Shown here one piece after another: positions 37,444-47,173 of a stretch of 64,000 bases of DNA. The DNA comes from Dehalococcoidia bacterium (GTDB lineage Bacteria; Chloroflexota; Dehalococcoidia; Plut-88900): the NCBI GenBank assembly GCA_965249275.1, contig CBDFLQ010000007.1:384001-448000 (forward strand), in the 5' to 3' direction. The notes under the pieces were generated by a model. That model searched no databases and was not told where the DNA came from. It worked only from the letters and a program-made list of their open reading frames with translations. The translations under genes were made by a program, and so were the position numbers. Within the stretch, counting starts at the first letter, position 1. Each line of letters starts with the position of its first letter.

Positions 37444-39833
37444 TTCTCTCTCACTTTGTATATGGTGATTTGCCCGCTCTCGAATACGCGGTCCATAAAC
37501 TCGTCGAAGGTGGCTGTCGTGTCCAGGCCATACAAGTCACGCTCCAACCTGCCCACGTAGACGTATTCGACGCCGTATTTCTCGAGCAACCCCTCAACCA
37601 CCGAGACATCGGCCTCCGTATAGATCGCTCTCACGTCCTCGGCCCTCTCCCGGAACCCGCGCCGGCTCCCTCGCCACTGTTCCTCGTGCCCTGCCCAACC
37701 GAGAACTGCCGGCACACCGGTGCGCCCCGAGATTCGCGCATAGTCGAGCCTGTAGTCTCCGCCGGGAGTGCCCCGGTCATCGACGGCCACGGCCTCTACC
37801 ATCACCGACTCCGGACCCGAATCTTCTGAAATGAACACCAGGGCTCGGGTCTCCGGGGACTCGGGGCCGCCGAGGAACGCCAGACCGTTAAGAGTCGGCT
37901 CTGCCGAAAAGGAGTTCGTCTTGTTGTTCAAAGCACCCAAAGTAAACATCGCCGATGCAACGATCAACAATCCTACCAGCACCGTCGCTGTCGTGCCCAC
38001 CACCGCTTTGCTGATTCTCGACCAGTCCCATCCCGAGGCCAAGTAGTAGACGCCAAACGCCGACGCCGCGGCTAGCAGTATCCAAGCCTGGTAGTAGAAC
38101 TTGAACACCGTGTTCATCCTGTTGCCGAAAACGTCCACGATTCGAAAAAGTTCCGGGCCGAGTGTCGCAAGCAGGCCCGCGAATAACAGGATGAGGGCAA
38201 AGGTAGTTGCGGCCCGGTTCTCGTTCTTAGCGTTCAGTCCGAGCCTGAGAATCAGCCAAAGGGCCAACCCTAGAATCAACAGAAGAGGAAATGTCCCAAG
38301 GATCCGTGCCCCGATCTCGTCCAGACTTCCCAAGACATCTCCCTCCACAAGGCTTTTTGACAGTACGATTGCCGCCCAAATCGCAAAGGGGGCCAGCACC
38401 AGCAACGTCCCGGAGTGCCACACTCGTCCAGTGTCGGACCTGGAACGGAGGTAGCGGAAGGTCAAGGCCAGCAGGAATGGAACGCTTATGAGCAGGAAGA
38501 GCCCCACAACCAGGAAGTAATGGATGTATCGGGTGTGGACTCCCTCCACGGGGAGCACCCAGGGGAAGAGGGGCGAGGGCCTGTCTCCGAGATAGAAGGG
38601 CAGGTACAGGACTACCACCGCAGCCACCAAGGCCCCGGCGAACAACCCCCAGCTCTTCATCTGTTCGCGACCCCACCCCACCCCCGACCAGTGATTCGCG
38701 ATCAACGTAGTCCCCAGGAACAACCCGAGTCCCAGCGGTAAATCCCAGCTGTTCAGGAATCCCAACCCTCCGATACAGAGCGCTATTACCGCGAACCCAA
38801 CCTTATTGTCCCGTACCCATCGCAGTCCAAACGTCTCTCCCGATGCGAGGGTTCGCAGACCCAGGCCCAACGCGAGAATCAGGAACGGCAGCGACATCAC
38901 GTGCGGGTGGAGGTCTCCGAGGATGAAGCTGAAGCTTGGAAACTCCGTGATCGCGGGCGTCGAGCCGCCTTCTGCGGCCTGGATGACCCGAGTCGTGCGC
39001 CACCACCACCAAAAGTCTCGGGAAAACCATGAGGAGGTCTCCGGCGCCGTCGTCGCCCCCTCCACCCCGATCCATGACCACACACCCTCGCCCCCCACCC
39101 CCCATGCCCGTACCATCTCCGCCACCGACTGCAGGTTCCCTATCCCCACAACCAGCAACGCTGCCAGCAGCCCGACGGCTACCGGTATCTCGCGCCCATC
39201 CCCATTTTTCCGTCGATGTATCCCTACCATCTCCGACACCAGTCCAAACGCCCCGACCGCCGATAGAGAGAACAGCAGGGCAATCGCAAGGTTGTACGCC
39301 ACCGCCGCCTCGACGCCCGTTACTTTGGCCAATACTCCGTGCATAACGTAGCCAAAGTAGTAGTAGCTCACCGAGTGTCCGCTCAGCCACGGGTCTTGTG
39401 GGGGCATGGACTCGGCCCTGATAACCGAGTTGAGCAGGGCAAAGTCCATCGGCTGTTCCGTGTGGCTGATTGCGGGGTCGTAGGCCCGAGCGGCGGCCCA
39501 CCCGGCGAAAGCCGCCAGGAACAGCACGTCCACGATGACTATCGTCCATCGCTGCTCTCGCACGTATTGCCGGAACTCGTCGAGTCTCCGGCAAACAACC
39601 AGGAACGAGGCCACCGCCAGGACTATCGCCAACCCCGACACCCAATAGCGGTTGAGAGGGATTATCCCAGTGAACCCCACCATCCACACCAGGAAGCTGA
39701 AAAGCAGTATCCCTACTGCTTTGGAGAAGGCATAACCGCCGTAGGGCAGGCGGGAGAACAGGACGAAGGTGACCGGCAGGGCAATGAGACCCAGGGCCTC
39801 GACTGCGAGCGCCCAGGAAATGAAGTCGATCAT
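37440..39833 (-). CDS. DUF2298 / Chlor_Arch_YYY membrane protein (TIGR03662-like)
   Basis: TEQPMD, PPQDPWLSG..VSYYYFG, ITEFPSFSF.LGDLHPH, NSWD, RMNTVFKFYYQ and GWAGHEEQWR motifs. Confidence 0.9.
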   Translation of the reverse strand: MIDFISWALAVEALGLIALPVTFVLFSRLPYGGYAFSKAVGILLFSFLVWMVGFTGIIPLNRYWVSGLAIVLAVASFLVVCRRLDEFRQYVREQRWTIVIVDVLFLAAFAGWAAARAYDPAISHTEQPMDFALLNSVIRAESMPPQDPWLSGHSVSYYYFGYVMHGVLAKVTGVEAAVAYNLAIALLFSLSAVGAFGLVSEMVGIHRRKNGDGREIPVAVGLLAALLVVGIGNLQSVAEMVRAWGVGGEGVWSWIGVEGATTAPETSSWFSRDFWWWWRTTRVIQAAEGGSTPAITEFPSFSFILGDLHPHVMSLPFLILALGLGLRTLASGETFGLRWVRDNKVGFAVIALCIGGLGFLNSWDLPLGLGLFLGTTLIANHWSGVGWGREQMKSWGLFAGALVAAVVVLYLPFYLGDRPSPLFPWVLPVEGVHTRYIHYFLVVGLFLLISVPFLLALTFRYLRSRSDTGRVWHSGTLLVLAPFAIWAAIVLSKSLVEGDVLGSLDEIGARILGTFPLLLILGLALWLILRLGLNAKNENRAATTFALILLFAGLLATLGPELFRIVDVFGNRMNTVFKFYYQAWILLAAASAFGVYYLASGWDWSRISKAVVGTTATVLVGLLIVASAMFTLGALNNKTNSFSAEPTLNGLAFLGGPESPETRALVFISEDSGPESVMVEAVAVDDRGTPGGDYRLDYARISGRTGVPAVLGWAGHEEQWRGSRRGFRERAEDVRAIYTEADVSVVEGLLEKYGVEYVYVGRLERDLYGLDTTATFDEFMDRVFESGQITIYKVREN

Positions 39834-39875
39834 GTCGGGCTAACCACGGTCATGGAATGCACACCCATATTATCC

Positions 39876-39918
39876 ATAAAGCCGATGCGTCCGCCTGAGG
39901 CGGACGCATCGGCTTTAT
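39876..39918. terminator. Perfect 20-bp inverted repeat, REP-like hairpin and probable terminator after ftsY
   Basis: ATAAAGCCGATGCGTCCGCC-TGA-GGCGGACGCATCGGCTTTAT. Confidence 0.65.
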
Positions 39919-39950
39919 ATAGCCCGTTGTCGGGCGCCGGGGGCAAGTCT

Positions 39951-40886
39951 CTATCCCAGCAAGGCCGACACAAATTCTTCCGCGTCAAAGGGGGCCATAT
40001 CGTCGAGGCCTTCGCCGGTGCCTATAAACCTGATGGGAATGCCCAGCTCGTCGCAGATGCTAAGGACTACGCCACCCTTCGCGGACCCATCCAGCTTGGC
40101 TAGGAAGATTCCCGTCACACCCGCCGCCTCGATGAACTGTCGGGCCTGGGCCACCGCATTCTGCCCGATCACCGCATCCAATACGAGCACCACTTCATGG
40201 GGTGCGGATGGGTCGAACCGGCTGATGACTCTCTTGATCTTCTGTAGCTCTTGCATCAGGTTGTACTTGGTGTGCAGCCGACCCGCGGTGTCCACTAGTA
40301 CAAGGTCGGCCTTACGGTTTCGGGCGCTGCTCAGCGCGTCGAAAGCCACCGCCCCAGGGTCCGACCCCTGCTGGTGAGCGACGACGTGGGCCCCCGACCT
40401 TTCACCCCACACCTCCAACTGCTCGATGGCCGCGGCCCGGAACGTGTCAGCCGCTGCAAGCACCACACTTTGCCCCTCGGAACAGTAGGCGTGGGCCATC
40501 TTGCCTATTGAAGTCGTCTTCCCGCCTCCGTTCACCCCGACCACCAACACCACACCCGGCCCACCGTTAACGGAGGATAGAAACTCTCGGTCGCCTGTGG
40601 CCTTGGACAGGATGGCCGCCATCTCCTCTCGCAGCGCAGCCCGGATATCGTCCGGATTGCCCAGTCTCTCGCTCTTGACCCGTTCCCGCAGGGTCTTGGA
40701 GATCCGGGTGGATGTCTTGACGCCTACGTCGGCCGATATCAGAGTCTCTTCGAGGTTCTCCCAGAACTCCTCGTCTATCTTGGGCGTGTTAAATACGCCG
40801 ACAATTCGCCGGAAAAAACCCTGCTTCGTACGCTTGAGGCTTTCCTCGGTCTTCTTTTCACGTCTTCTGAGTCTAAAAAATGGCAT
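39951..40886 (-). CDS. ftsY: SRP receptor FtsY
   Basis: GVNGGGKTTSIGK, AADTFRAAA, DTAGRLH and KLDGSAKGG motifs. Confidence 0.97.
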   Translation of the reverse strand: MPFFRLRRREKKTEESLKRTKQGFFRRIVGVFNTPKIDEEFWENLEETLISADVGVKTSTRISKTLRERVKSERLGNPDDIRAALREEMAAILSKATGDREFLSSVNGGPGVVLVVGVNGGGKTTSIGKMAHAYCSEGQSVVLAAADTFRAAAIEQLEVWGERSGAHVVAHQQGSDPGAVAFDALSSARNRKADLVLVDTAGRLHTKYNLMQELQKIKRVISRFDPSAPHEVVLVLDAVIGQNAVAQARQFIEAAGVTGIFLAKLDGSAKGGVVLSICDELGIPIRFIGTGEGLDDMAPFDAEEFVSALLG

Positions 40887-40946
40887 GTCTGCTCCTGAAT
40901 CGATGTTAACACTCGCTAAAAAACACGGTCAACATTTGCCCCCGAA

Positions 40947-40975
40947 TTGACACTCCCTTCCCCCGTTCTTATCCT
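40947..40975 (+). promoter_or_regulatory. Sigma70 promoter
   Basis: TTGACA-17 nt-TATCCT upstream of AGGAG RBS and the 41010 start. Confidence 0.6.
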
Positions 40976-41009
40976 TCCCTCAATCAGTCCCTCCCCCTAG
41001 GAGTTTGCC

Positions 41010-42134
41010 ATGCCCGAACCCACCCTCTGGACACCCTTATGCGATATGCTCGGAATCCGGTTCCCGGTACTACAGGCCGGCATGGTGCCGGGCGGCTCCC
41101 CCGAACTCGCCGCGGCCGTTTCCAACGCCGGGGGCCTTGGTGTGCTGGGTGCGTCCGGCTGGGAGCCCGAGGACATCCGCCAGAAGATTCGCTGGATCCG
41201 AAACCACACCAACAACCCATTCGGCGTCGATCTGCAGCTCCCCGTGTCCATGGCCGATGTCGACGACAACCGGGAAGAGGTCAAGGCCACTCTCCATTTC
41301 GACTATCCGAACCACGTCGCCTGGGTCAAGGACGCCGTCCAAAGGCACTCCGTCCCCGAGGCCAAGGCAGGAAAATCATTTGCATATAATCCCGCCTTCA
41401 TCCGACGTCAGGTCGAGGTGATTCTGGAAGAAGAAGTACCCGTGTTCGTCTCGGCCCTGGGGCCGCCCGGCTGGATGACCGAGGACGCTCATAAGCTCGG
41501 CATGAAGGTCATAGGCATGGCCGGCAGCCCACGGCACGCCCGCCGTCACGTCGATGCCGGAGTCGACATCGTAGTAGCCCAGGGCAACGAGGCAGGGGGA
41601 CACACTGGAAGAATCGCCACGATGGTGCTCGTGCCACAGGTCGTCGATGCTATATCTCCCGTCCCGGTGGTCGCCGCCGGGGGGATCGGGGATGGGCGGG
41701 GAATTGCCGCCGCTCTTTCTCTCGGGGCCCAGGGCGTCTGGTGCGGCACCCTATTCCTCTCTTCCGACGAAGCAGCCGTCCCCGACATCCACAAGCGCCG
41801 CATAGTCGAAGGCCGCTCCGAGGACTGGGTAATCAGCCGTCTCAGCTCCGGCAAGACGGCCCGCTATTTCAACAACGTCCTGGTCCAGGAATGGGCCGAC
41901 TCCGGCCTGCAGGCCCTCCCCATGCCACTGCAGGGCATGCTCATCGAAGACATGGAGCAGGGTGTGGTTGAAGGACATTTGGAGGAGTTGGAACTGAATT
42001 CCGGCGGACAGGTCGGGGGGCTGATCGGAAAGCGAAGGCCCGCGGCCCGCATAGTGGAAGACCTGGTGAGTGAGGCGTCCGAGGCCTTGGCCCGACTTAC
42101 CCGCTATTTCATCGGAGCAGAGGCCAGGAACTAA
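41010..42134 (+). CDS. Nitronate monooxygenase/FabK-family flavoprotein
   Basis: ELAAAVSNAGGLG, QGNEAGGH, AAGGIGDGRG and GVWCGT motifs. Confidence 0.9.
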   Translation: MPEPTLWTPLCDMLGIRFPVLQAGMVPGGSPELAAAVSNAGGLGVLGASGWEPEDIRQKIRWIRNHTNNPFGVDLQLPVSMADVDDNREEVKATLHFDYPNHVAWVKDAVQRHSVPEAKAGKSFAYNPAFIRRQVEVILEEEVPVFVSALGPPGWMTEDAHKLGMKVIGMAGSPRHARRHVDAGVDIVVAQGNEAGGHTGRIATMVLVPQVVDAISPVPVVAAGGIGDGRGIAAALSLGAQGVWCGTLFLSSDEAAVPDIHKRRIVEGRSEDWVISRLSSGKTARYFNNVLVQEWADSGLQALPMPLQGMLIEDMEQGVVEGHLEELELNSGGQVGGLIGKRRPAARIVEDLVSEASEALARLTRYFIGAEARN

Positions 42135-42160
42135 GACCTCGATCCACGGAGAGTCCTAAC

Positions 42161-42793
42161 ATGTACGTGCCCAAGCTCTATGCCGTAACAGACAAACAAC
42201 GCAGCTACGACTTCATACGGGACAACGGTTTCGGCATTCTATTTTCGCACCAGGGCGCGGGCCCCGTGGCTTCCCACCTGCCCTTCGTCCTTTCCGAGGA
42301 GCCCGACGGTCAAGACTTTCTCCTGGGTCACATGGCAAGGGCAAACGACCACTGGCGTCACGCCGACGGCAATGAGGTCATGGTGGTCTTTCACGGGCCT
42401 CACGCTTACATTTCCCCCACCTGGTACCGGGAATCCGACACCGTCCCTACATGGAACTATGCCGTTGTACACGTATACGGCACCTTCGAGGCACTGCACG
42501 ACAGAGAGGACACCGTGGATGTCGTTCAACAGGTGGTCGACTACTACGAGTCCTTCCTGCCGCAGCCCTGGAAAGCCGACTTCGATTCCCCCTACAACCG
42601 TAAAATGATCAAAGGGGTCACCGCCTTCAGGATCAGGATAGATCGAGTGGTGGGCAAGTGGAAGTTGGGTCAGAACCGTCCAGAATACATCCGACGCCGC
42701 GCCATCGACGCCTTAAGGACTTTCCCCGGCGACTATGAGCGCAACATCGCCGATATGATGGAGTCAGAGATAGACGCCAACGACAAGGGTTAA
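42161..42793 (+). CDS. PaiB-family FMN-binding protein
   Basis: ASHLPF, GHMARAN, GPHAYISPTWY, VPTWNY and KWKLGQN motifs. Confidence 0.9.
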   Translation: MYVPKLYAVTDKQRSYDFIRDNGFGILFSHQGAGPVASHLPFVLSEEPDGQDFLLGHMARANDHWRHADGNEVMVVFHGPHAYISPTWYRESDTVPTWNYAVVHVYGTFEALHDREDTVDVVQQVVDYYESFLPQPWKADFDSPYNRKMIKGVTAFRIRIDRVVGKWKLGQNRPEYIRRRAIDALRTFPGDYERNIADMMESEIDANDKG

Positions 42794-42876
42794 GCCCCGA
42801 CTTAAGATCGCCGCTCAGCAGCTACTTAAGCACCACTTCGGATCCTCAGAATATTCTCGCTATTCGGGTTCGTCCC

Positions 42877-43611
42877 TTACAACTTTTCTATAATGTAATC
42901 GTCTGTCAAGTAGGTAATTGTGTTGTAATCGGGACCCGGTGGTTCATCTAACCGCACGTTGTAAGAAATCTTCCAGGGGGCATCTACAATAGTTCCAACC
43001 GCCTCTGAGCGACCCTTCAGGTCGAAGACCTTGGTGTCGGTAGTAAGTCTAACCTTGACCCGATCTCCCAATTGGTATTTCTGTGCCGGTCGTTCACTAA
43101 ATGGCGTAGGAGCAAGTCCGGCTAATTTACACAATACCTCAGTTAACGACCAGAGTAGTTGGCTTCGAGCCCCTTCGTATAGAACCCCCGTACGTTTCTC
43201 AATGGACCGGCCTTCCTGCAACAATTCCGGATGCCACTTCAAGGTCTCAATCTCATGAAACGATGAGATTCGGTCCTTGAAAGTTTCATCGCCCAAGCTA
43301 AACGATCCTTCCGTATTGAGGTGGGCCGCGTCGTTTCTCATTCTTCCGACAATCTTCAGATCTTCCCAAAGATCACTATCTATGAAGTCCAAAGCACGGC
43401 ACATTTCTACTCGTTTACTGTAATCAGACAATGCATGACCGATATCGAAGATTGACAGTTCATCTAAGCACTTCAGCTTAGCTTCCAACACGTTCCTATG
43501 AGCACGATCGATCAGGGCCTGACCGATTATCAGTAATTCAAAGTCTGTGCCGTTACATATAGTCTCGAACGCAGATAGATGGAAGTTCATATCGTATCTT
43601 GACTTTGTCAT
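42877..43611 (-). CDS. Hypothetical protein with an MltR-like N-terminal domain and a small beta C-terminal domain
   Basis: 'YSKRVEMCRALDFI..DLWEDL.IVGRMRNDAAH' resembles the MltR/HEPN-type RN..AH signature; visibly more AT-rich than its neighbours. Confidence 0.55.
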   Translation of the reverse strand: MTKSRYDMNFHLSAFETICNGTDFELLIIGQALIDRAHRNVLEAKLKCLDELSIFDIGHALSDYSKRVEMCRALDFIDSDLWEDLKIVGRMRNDAAHLNTEGSFSLGDETFKDRISSFHEIETLKWHPELLQEGRSIEKRTGVLYEGARSQLLWSLTEVLCKLAGLAPTPFSERPAQKYQLGDRVKVRLTTDTKVFDLKGRSEAVGTIVDAPWKISYNVRLDEPPGPDYNTITYLTDDYIIEKL

Positions 43612-43629
43612 ATGAACTTCCAAGTAAGC

Positions 43630-44322
43630 CTACGACTCGGCGAAACGGTCCAGGGCTTGTTTGGCGGCTCTCCGTTGCGCTACCCGCTTGGATGTCCCCG
43701 TGCCCCTGCCCATTGAACGCCCACCGATGATCACCTTAGTGGCGAAAATCGGGTCACCGGTCTCTGACAACTGCTGTGTCGTCTCGTACCGGGGCTGGAC
43801 TTGAAGCCGCGCCTGGGTGAGCTCCTGAAGACGCGACTTATAGTCGGTCTCTCCGCCACCGTCGGATACGGTTTTAATCCTGGCCTTAAGCGCCTGGACG
43901 ACGAAACTGCGAGCCGCATCCAGACCGGCATCCAGCCAGACAGCGCCTATTATCGCTTCCAGGGCCCCTGCCAGGTTGCGCCGCTTAGTCCTCCCCCCCG
44001 ACTTCTCCTCCCCCCGCCCCAGCCGCAAATGCTTGCCGAGGTCCATCGCTTCCGCTGCCGAGGCCAGGGCCTGGGTCGAGACCAACTGGGCGCGCAGGAC
44101 CGTCATTTCACCTTCGGTGAGTTGCGGCCATTGTCCATACAGATCATCAGCAATTATGAACCCGAGGACGGAATCGCCCAGGAATTCCAAACGTTCGTTG
44201 GATTCCTGGGTGGCTTCCGGGTGCTCGTGTATGTAGGACGAGTGGGTCAGGGCCTGGACCAGCAGGTACTCATCGGCCAATGCCACTACTATGTCTGGTT
44301 CGACACCGTTGTTCGGGGACAT
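43630..44322 (-). CDS. rnc: Ribonuclease III
   Basis: ALTHSS, NERLEFLGD, EAIIGA and dsRBD DYKSRLQE motifs. Confidence 0.96.
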   Translation of the reverse strand: MSPNNGVEPDIVVALADEYLLVQALTHSSYIHEHPEATQESNERLEFLGDSVLGFIIADDLYGQWPQLTEGEMTVLRAQLVSTQALASAAEAMDLGKHLRLGRGEEKSGGRTKRRNLAGALEAIIGAVWLDAGLDAARSFVVQALKARIKTVSDGGGETDYKSRLQELTQARLQVQPRYETTQQLSETGDPIFATKVIIGGRSMGRGTGTSKRVAQRRAAKQALDRFAES

Positions 44323-44339
44323 ATTCTTCGGGTGGTGGG

Positions 44340-44960
44340 TTAGTCCCCGGGAGGAGTTGGACGCTTGATTTCCTGGAGGTTGGGCACGCCGTTGACAACG
44401 CCGAGCACGCTTTCAAACACCTCTCGGGCCTGCTCAGCCGGCGGGGGAGGCATCATCTTGACGAAAGCCGAGGCGCCAGTGTCGGTGAACATGGTGGGAA
44501 CACCGAAGACGCCGTAGTTGGCCTTGGCTTCCTCGTAGTCGGAGGCAATGGTCTTCAGGGCCTGGGGGTCGTTGATGTCCTCGAGGAACTTGTCGATGTC
44601 CAGCCCAGCGTCCTTCGCCACGGCCGTCAGGATTTCTAGCTTGTCTATAGCCTTCCGTTCCATGTGACGGGCATTGAGTAGGGCCACGTGGAACTTTCCG
44701 AATTTCTCGGCGCCCTGCTTCTTGGCGGCTTCTCCGGCCTTCAGGGCAAGGAGACCTTTGCTGGGGTAGGACTCATCCTGTTCCCACAATTTCCAGTCGG
44801 GGCCTTCCTTGGAGTTAACCTGCTCCAACGGGAAATTCTTCCACGTTATGTTGAGATCGTCTCCGTACGCCTTCTTTACGTCTTGCAGCCAAACTGCCGC
44901 AACCCGAACGTAGGGTCAGAGATAGTCGTAGAACACCGTGAGATTAACTTTTTCAGACAT
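44340..44960 (-). CDS. DsbA/FrnE-like thioredoxin-fold selenoprotein (Sec at codon 15), 206 aa
   Basis: ATG at 44960 gives MSEKVNLTVFYDYL(UGA)PYVRVAAVWLQDV...NITWKNFPLEQVN, continuing in frame into the 162-aa ORF with cis-Pro motif GVFGVPT. UGA sits at the nucleophilic CxxC position. Confidence 0.88.
44877..44912 (-). promoter_or_regulatory. Putative bacterial SECIS hairpin
   Basis: Begins 3 nt after the UGA: UACGUU-CGGG-UUGCGGC-AGUUUG-GCUGCAA-GACGUA, a two-stem hairpin. Confidence 0.7.
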
Positions 44961-45030
44961 GACGCCCCACCTTTCAGACTAGAATCAAGACCATTTTAAC
45001 ATCCGGCCACCCTATAATACACCCCAGATC

Positions 45031-46275
45031 ATGGACTACCTGAAGGCACTGCAATACCGGACCAGCCCCGACCTCTGGACCCTCATCACGCGCCTCGCCG
45101 TTCTGGCTGCGGACCGAGCGAGCCCCCTCTACATCGTCGGCGGCCGAGTCCGGGACCTCCTCCTTGAACGTCCCGCCTCGGACTTAGACCTGGTCGTCGA
45201 AGGCGATGCTCCGGAACTCGTGCGCGCCCTGGCCTTCGACCAGGGCGGTGAGGCCGTCGTGCACCCGAGATTTGGCACGGCTACCTACCGTAACGGCACA
45301 CTGCGATTCGACCTGGCCACCGCCCGCACCGAAACCTACCCGCGACCCGGCGTCCTACCCGACATCCGCCCCGGCCCCATAGAAGAGGACTTGGTGCGTC
45401 GGGACTTCACCGTCAACGCCATGGCCCTGCGCCTCAGCCCCCCCGATGCGGGAACGCTCCTGGACAGGTTTGGAAGTAGGCAGGACGTGGAAGACAGCCT
45501 GATCCGCGTCCTCCACCTTGGCAGCTTTGTAGACGACCCGACACGCATAATGCGCGCCATCAGATATGAACAGCGGCTCGGGTTCCAGATCGAATCCTCC
45601 ACCCTCGCCCTCCTGTCGAGGGACCTCCACCTGCTCCCGTCCGTCGGTGTCGACCGACTTCGCCGAGAGCTCGATCTATTCCTCATGGAACCCACCCCCG
45701 AGCTTCCTCTCCTGCGCGCCAACTCCCTCGGCGTTCTCCGCACCATCGATCCCGCCCTGCAGCCCGATGCCAGTCTCTCAGAGGTTTTTCAGTCGGCCCG
45801 CCGTCAGCTGGAGCAGGTTGAGCCCGCCATTTATGTCGCACTGCTCCTCTACCCAATCGAAACTGGTGAGGCCATGCAATTCCTTGACCGATACCGCTTT
45901 CCCAAGGAGTCGATTGGGGTGGTGAAGAGCACACTGACCCTGAGGGACTCGGAGGCAGGAATCTCGGTAGAGGGACTCAGGGACAGCCAGGTGTACGCTC
46001 ACTTCAAGGGATTCGACAGCGACTCCGTTAGTGCTTTTGGAATCGCTGCCGAGCATGAAATTGCCAGGGCCCGGGCCGCCGACTACCTCTCCCGGCTCGC
46101 CGACGTTCGGCCCGAGCTCACCGGCAAAGACCTGATCAACTTGGGCGTGCCTCGCGGTCCTAAGATAGGTCAGGTTCTGAATCGGCTGCTTGATGCTCGG
46201 CTGGACGGCCTGGCAGCTTCCAAGGAGGATGAGACCACCCTGGTCAAGAATTGGTTGACGGGGGAGAGGCGCTAG
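45031..46275 (+). CDS. tRNA nucleotidyltransferase (CCA-adding)/poly(A) polymerase family
   Basis: VGGRVRDLLL...DLDLVV, FGTA, DLATAR.E, RRDFTVNAMA and DDPTRIMRA motifs; TATAAT at 45013. Confidence 0.92.
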   Translation: MDYLKALQYRTSPDLWTLITRLAVLAADRASPLYIVGGRVRDLLLERPASDLDLVVEGDAPELVRALAFDQGGEAVVHPRFGTATYRNGTLRFDLATARTETYPRPGVLPDIRPGPIEEDLVRRDFTVNAMALRLSPPDAGTLLDRFGSRQDVEDSLIRVLHLGSFVDDPTRIMRAIRYEQRLGFQIESSTLALLSRDLHLLPSVGVDRLRRELDLFLMEPTPELPLLRANSLGVLRTIDPALQPDASLSEVFQSARRQLEQVEPAIYVALLLYPIETGEAMQFLDRYRFPKESIGVVKSTLTLRDSEAGISVEGLRDSQVYAHFKGFDSDSVSAFGIAAEHEIARARAADYLSRLADVRPELTGKDLINLGVPRGPKIGQVLNRLLDARLDGLAASKEDETTLVKNWLTGERR

Positions 46276-47119
46276 CTGACTTCTTCTCCAGCCTGCGCCC
46301 TTGGAAGAGGTACTGCTGGGCGTACCCCGCGTGCACCCCAAAATAGTCCAGGGCCCAGGTCCGGATCGCATCGTAAGAAGGGTTCTCTCCCACCGAATAC
46401 CACTCCTCCACTGCCCTCCTGACCCACCTGTCTATGGGAAAAGAGTCCAGCTTTTCCAGGGAGAATAGCAATACGCAGTCGGCGACCTTGTCCCCCACCC
46501 CGAACAGCGTCATCAGGTCCTTCTTTGCGTCATCGTAGTTGAGTTCCCGCAAGCCCTCCAGGTCGTAGACACCCCGACCGATCCGATCAGCAGTTTCGGC
46601 CAAGTACGGCGCTCTGAACCCCATTCCCATCAGCCTCAGGCCCGTCTCACCGAGTTCCATCACTTTCTCGGGGCCCGGGAAGGAGAACCGGACGTGGCCG
46701 TCCATCTCCAGTCGGTCCCCCATCTTGCCGCACAGCGACTCTATTGACTGGCTTATCCGGGGGATGTTCGAGGATATGGAGCAGATGAAGGAGACCAGGC
46801 ACTCCCACGGCTCCTGCCTCAGAAGCCGCAGCCCGAAGTACTGGGCGATAGCGTGGCGCATCCTGTCGTCTCGCCCTATGACCCGGTAGATCTCCGGCAG
46901 ATCATCGTCCAGTCTCAAATAGTAGGCCAGCCGGTTGACGATCTCCTCTTCGGGCAAAGGATAGCTGTTGAACTCGACGCCCAGGAGCGTCTGTCGAATC
47001 TTCAGGATGTTGCCGTAAATGACCCCGTAGTACCAATCGCCCTCGCGCCTCCACCTGAAGGCTTGACCGCACTCCAGCGTGTGGGTGAGATTGAATGGCT
47101 GGTCGATGGGGATCAGCAT
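46244..47119 (-). CDS. 8-oxoguanine DNA glycosylase (OGG1-like)
   Basis: TLECGQAFRW, GLRLLRQEPWECLVSFICS, HhH GVGDKVADC, FPID and AGYAQQYLF motifs. Confidence 0.93.
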   Translation of the reverse strand: MLIPIDQPFNLTHTLECGQAFRWRREGDWYYGVIYGNILKIRQTLLGVEFNSYPLPEEEIVNRLAYYLRLDDDLPEIYRVIGRDDRMRHAIAQYFGLRLLRQEPWECLVSFICSISSNIPRISQSIESLCGKMGDRLEMDGHVRFSFPGPEKVMELGETGLRLMGMGFRAPYLAETADRIGRGVYDLEGLRELNYDDAKKDLMTLFGVGDKVADCVLLFSLEKLDSFPIDRWVRRAVEEWYSVGENPSYDAIRTWALDYFGVHAGYAQQYLFQGRRLEKKSASASPPSTNS

Positions 47120-47173
47120 AAGGTGGAATTGTTGGGCCTTCCCGACCGTCCCCACCCCCGACCCCTCCCCAGG

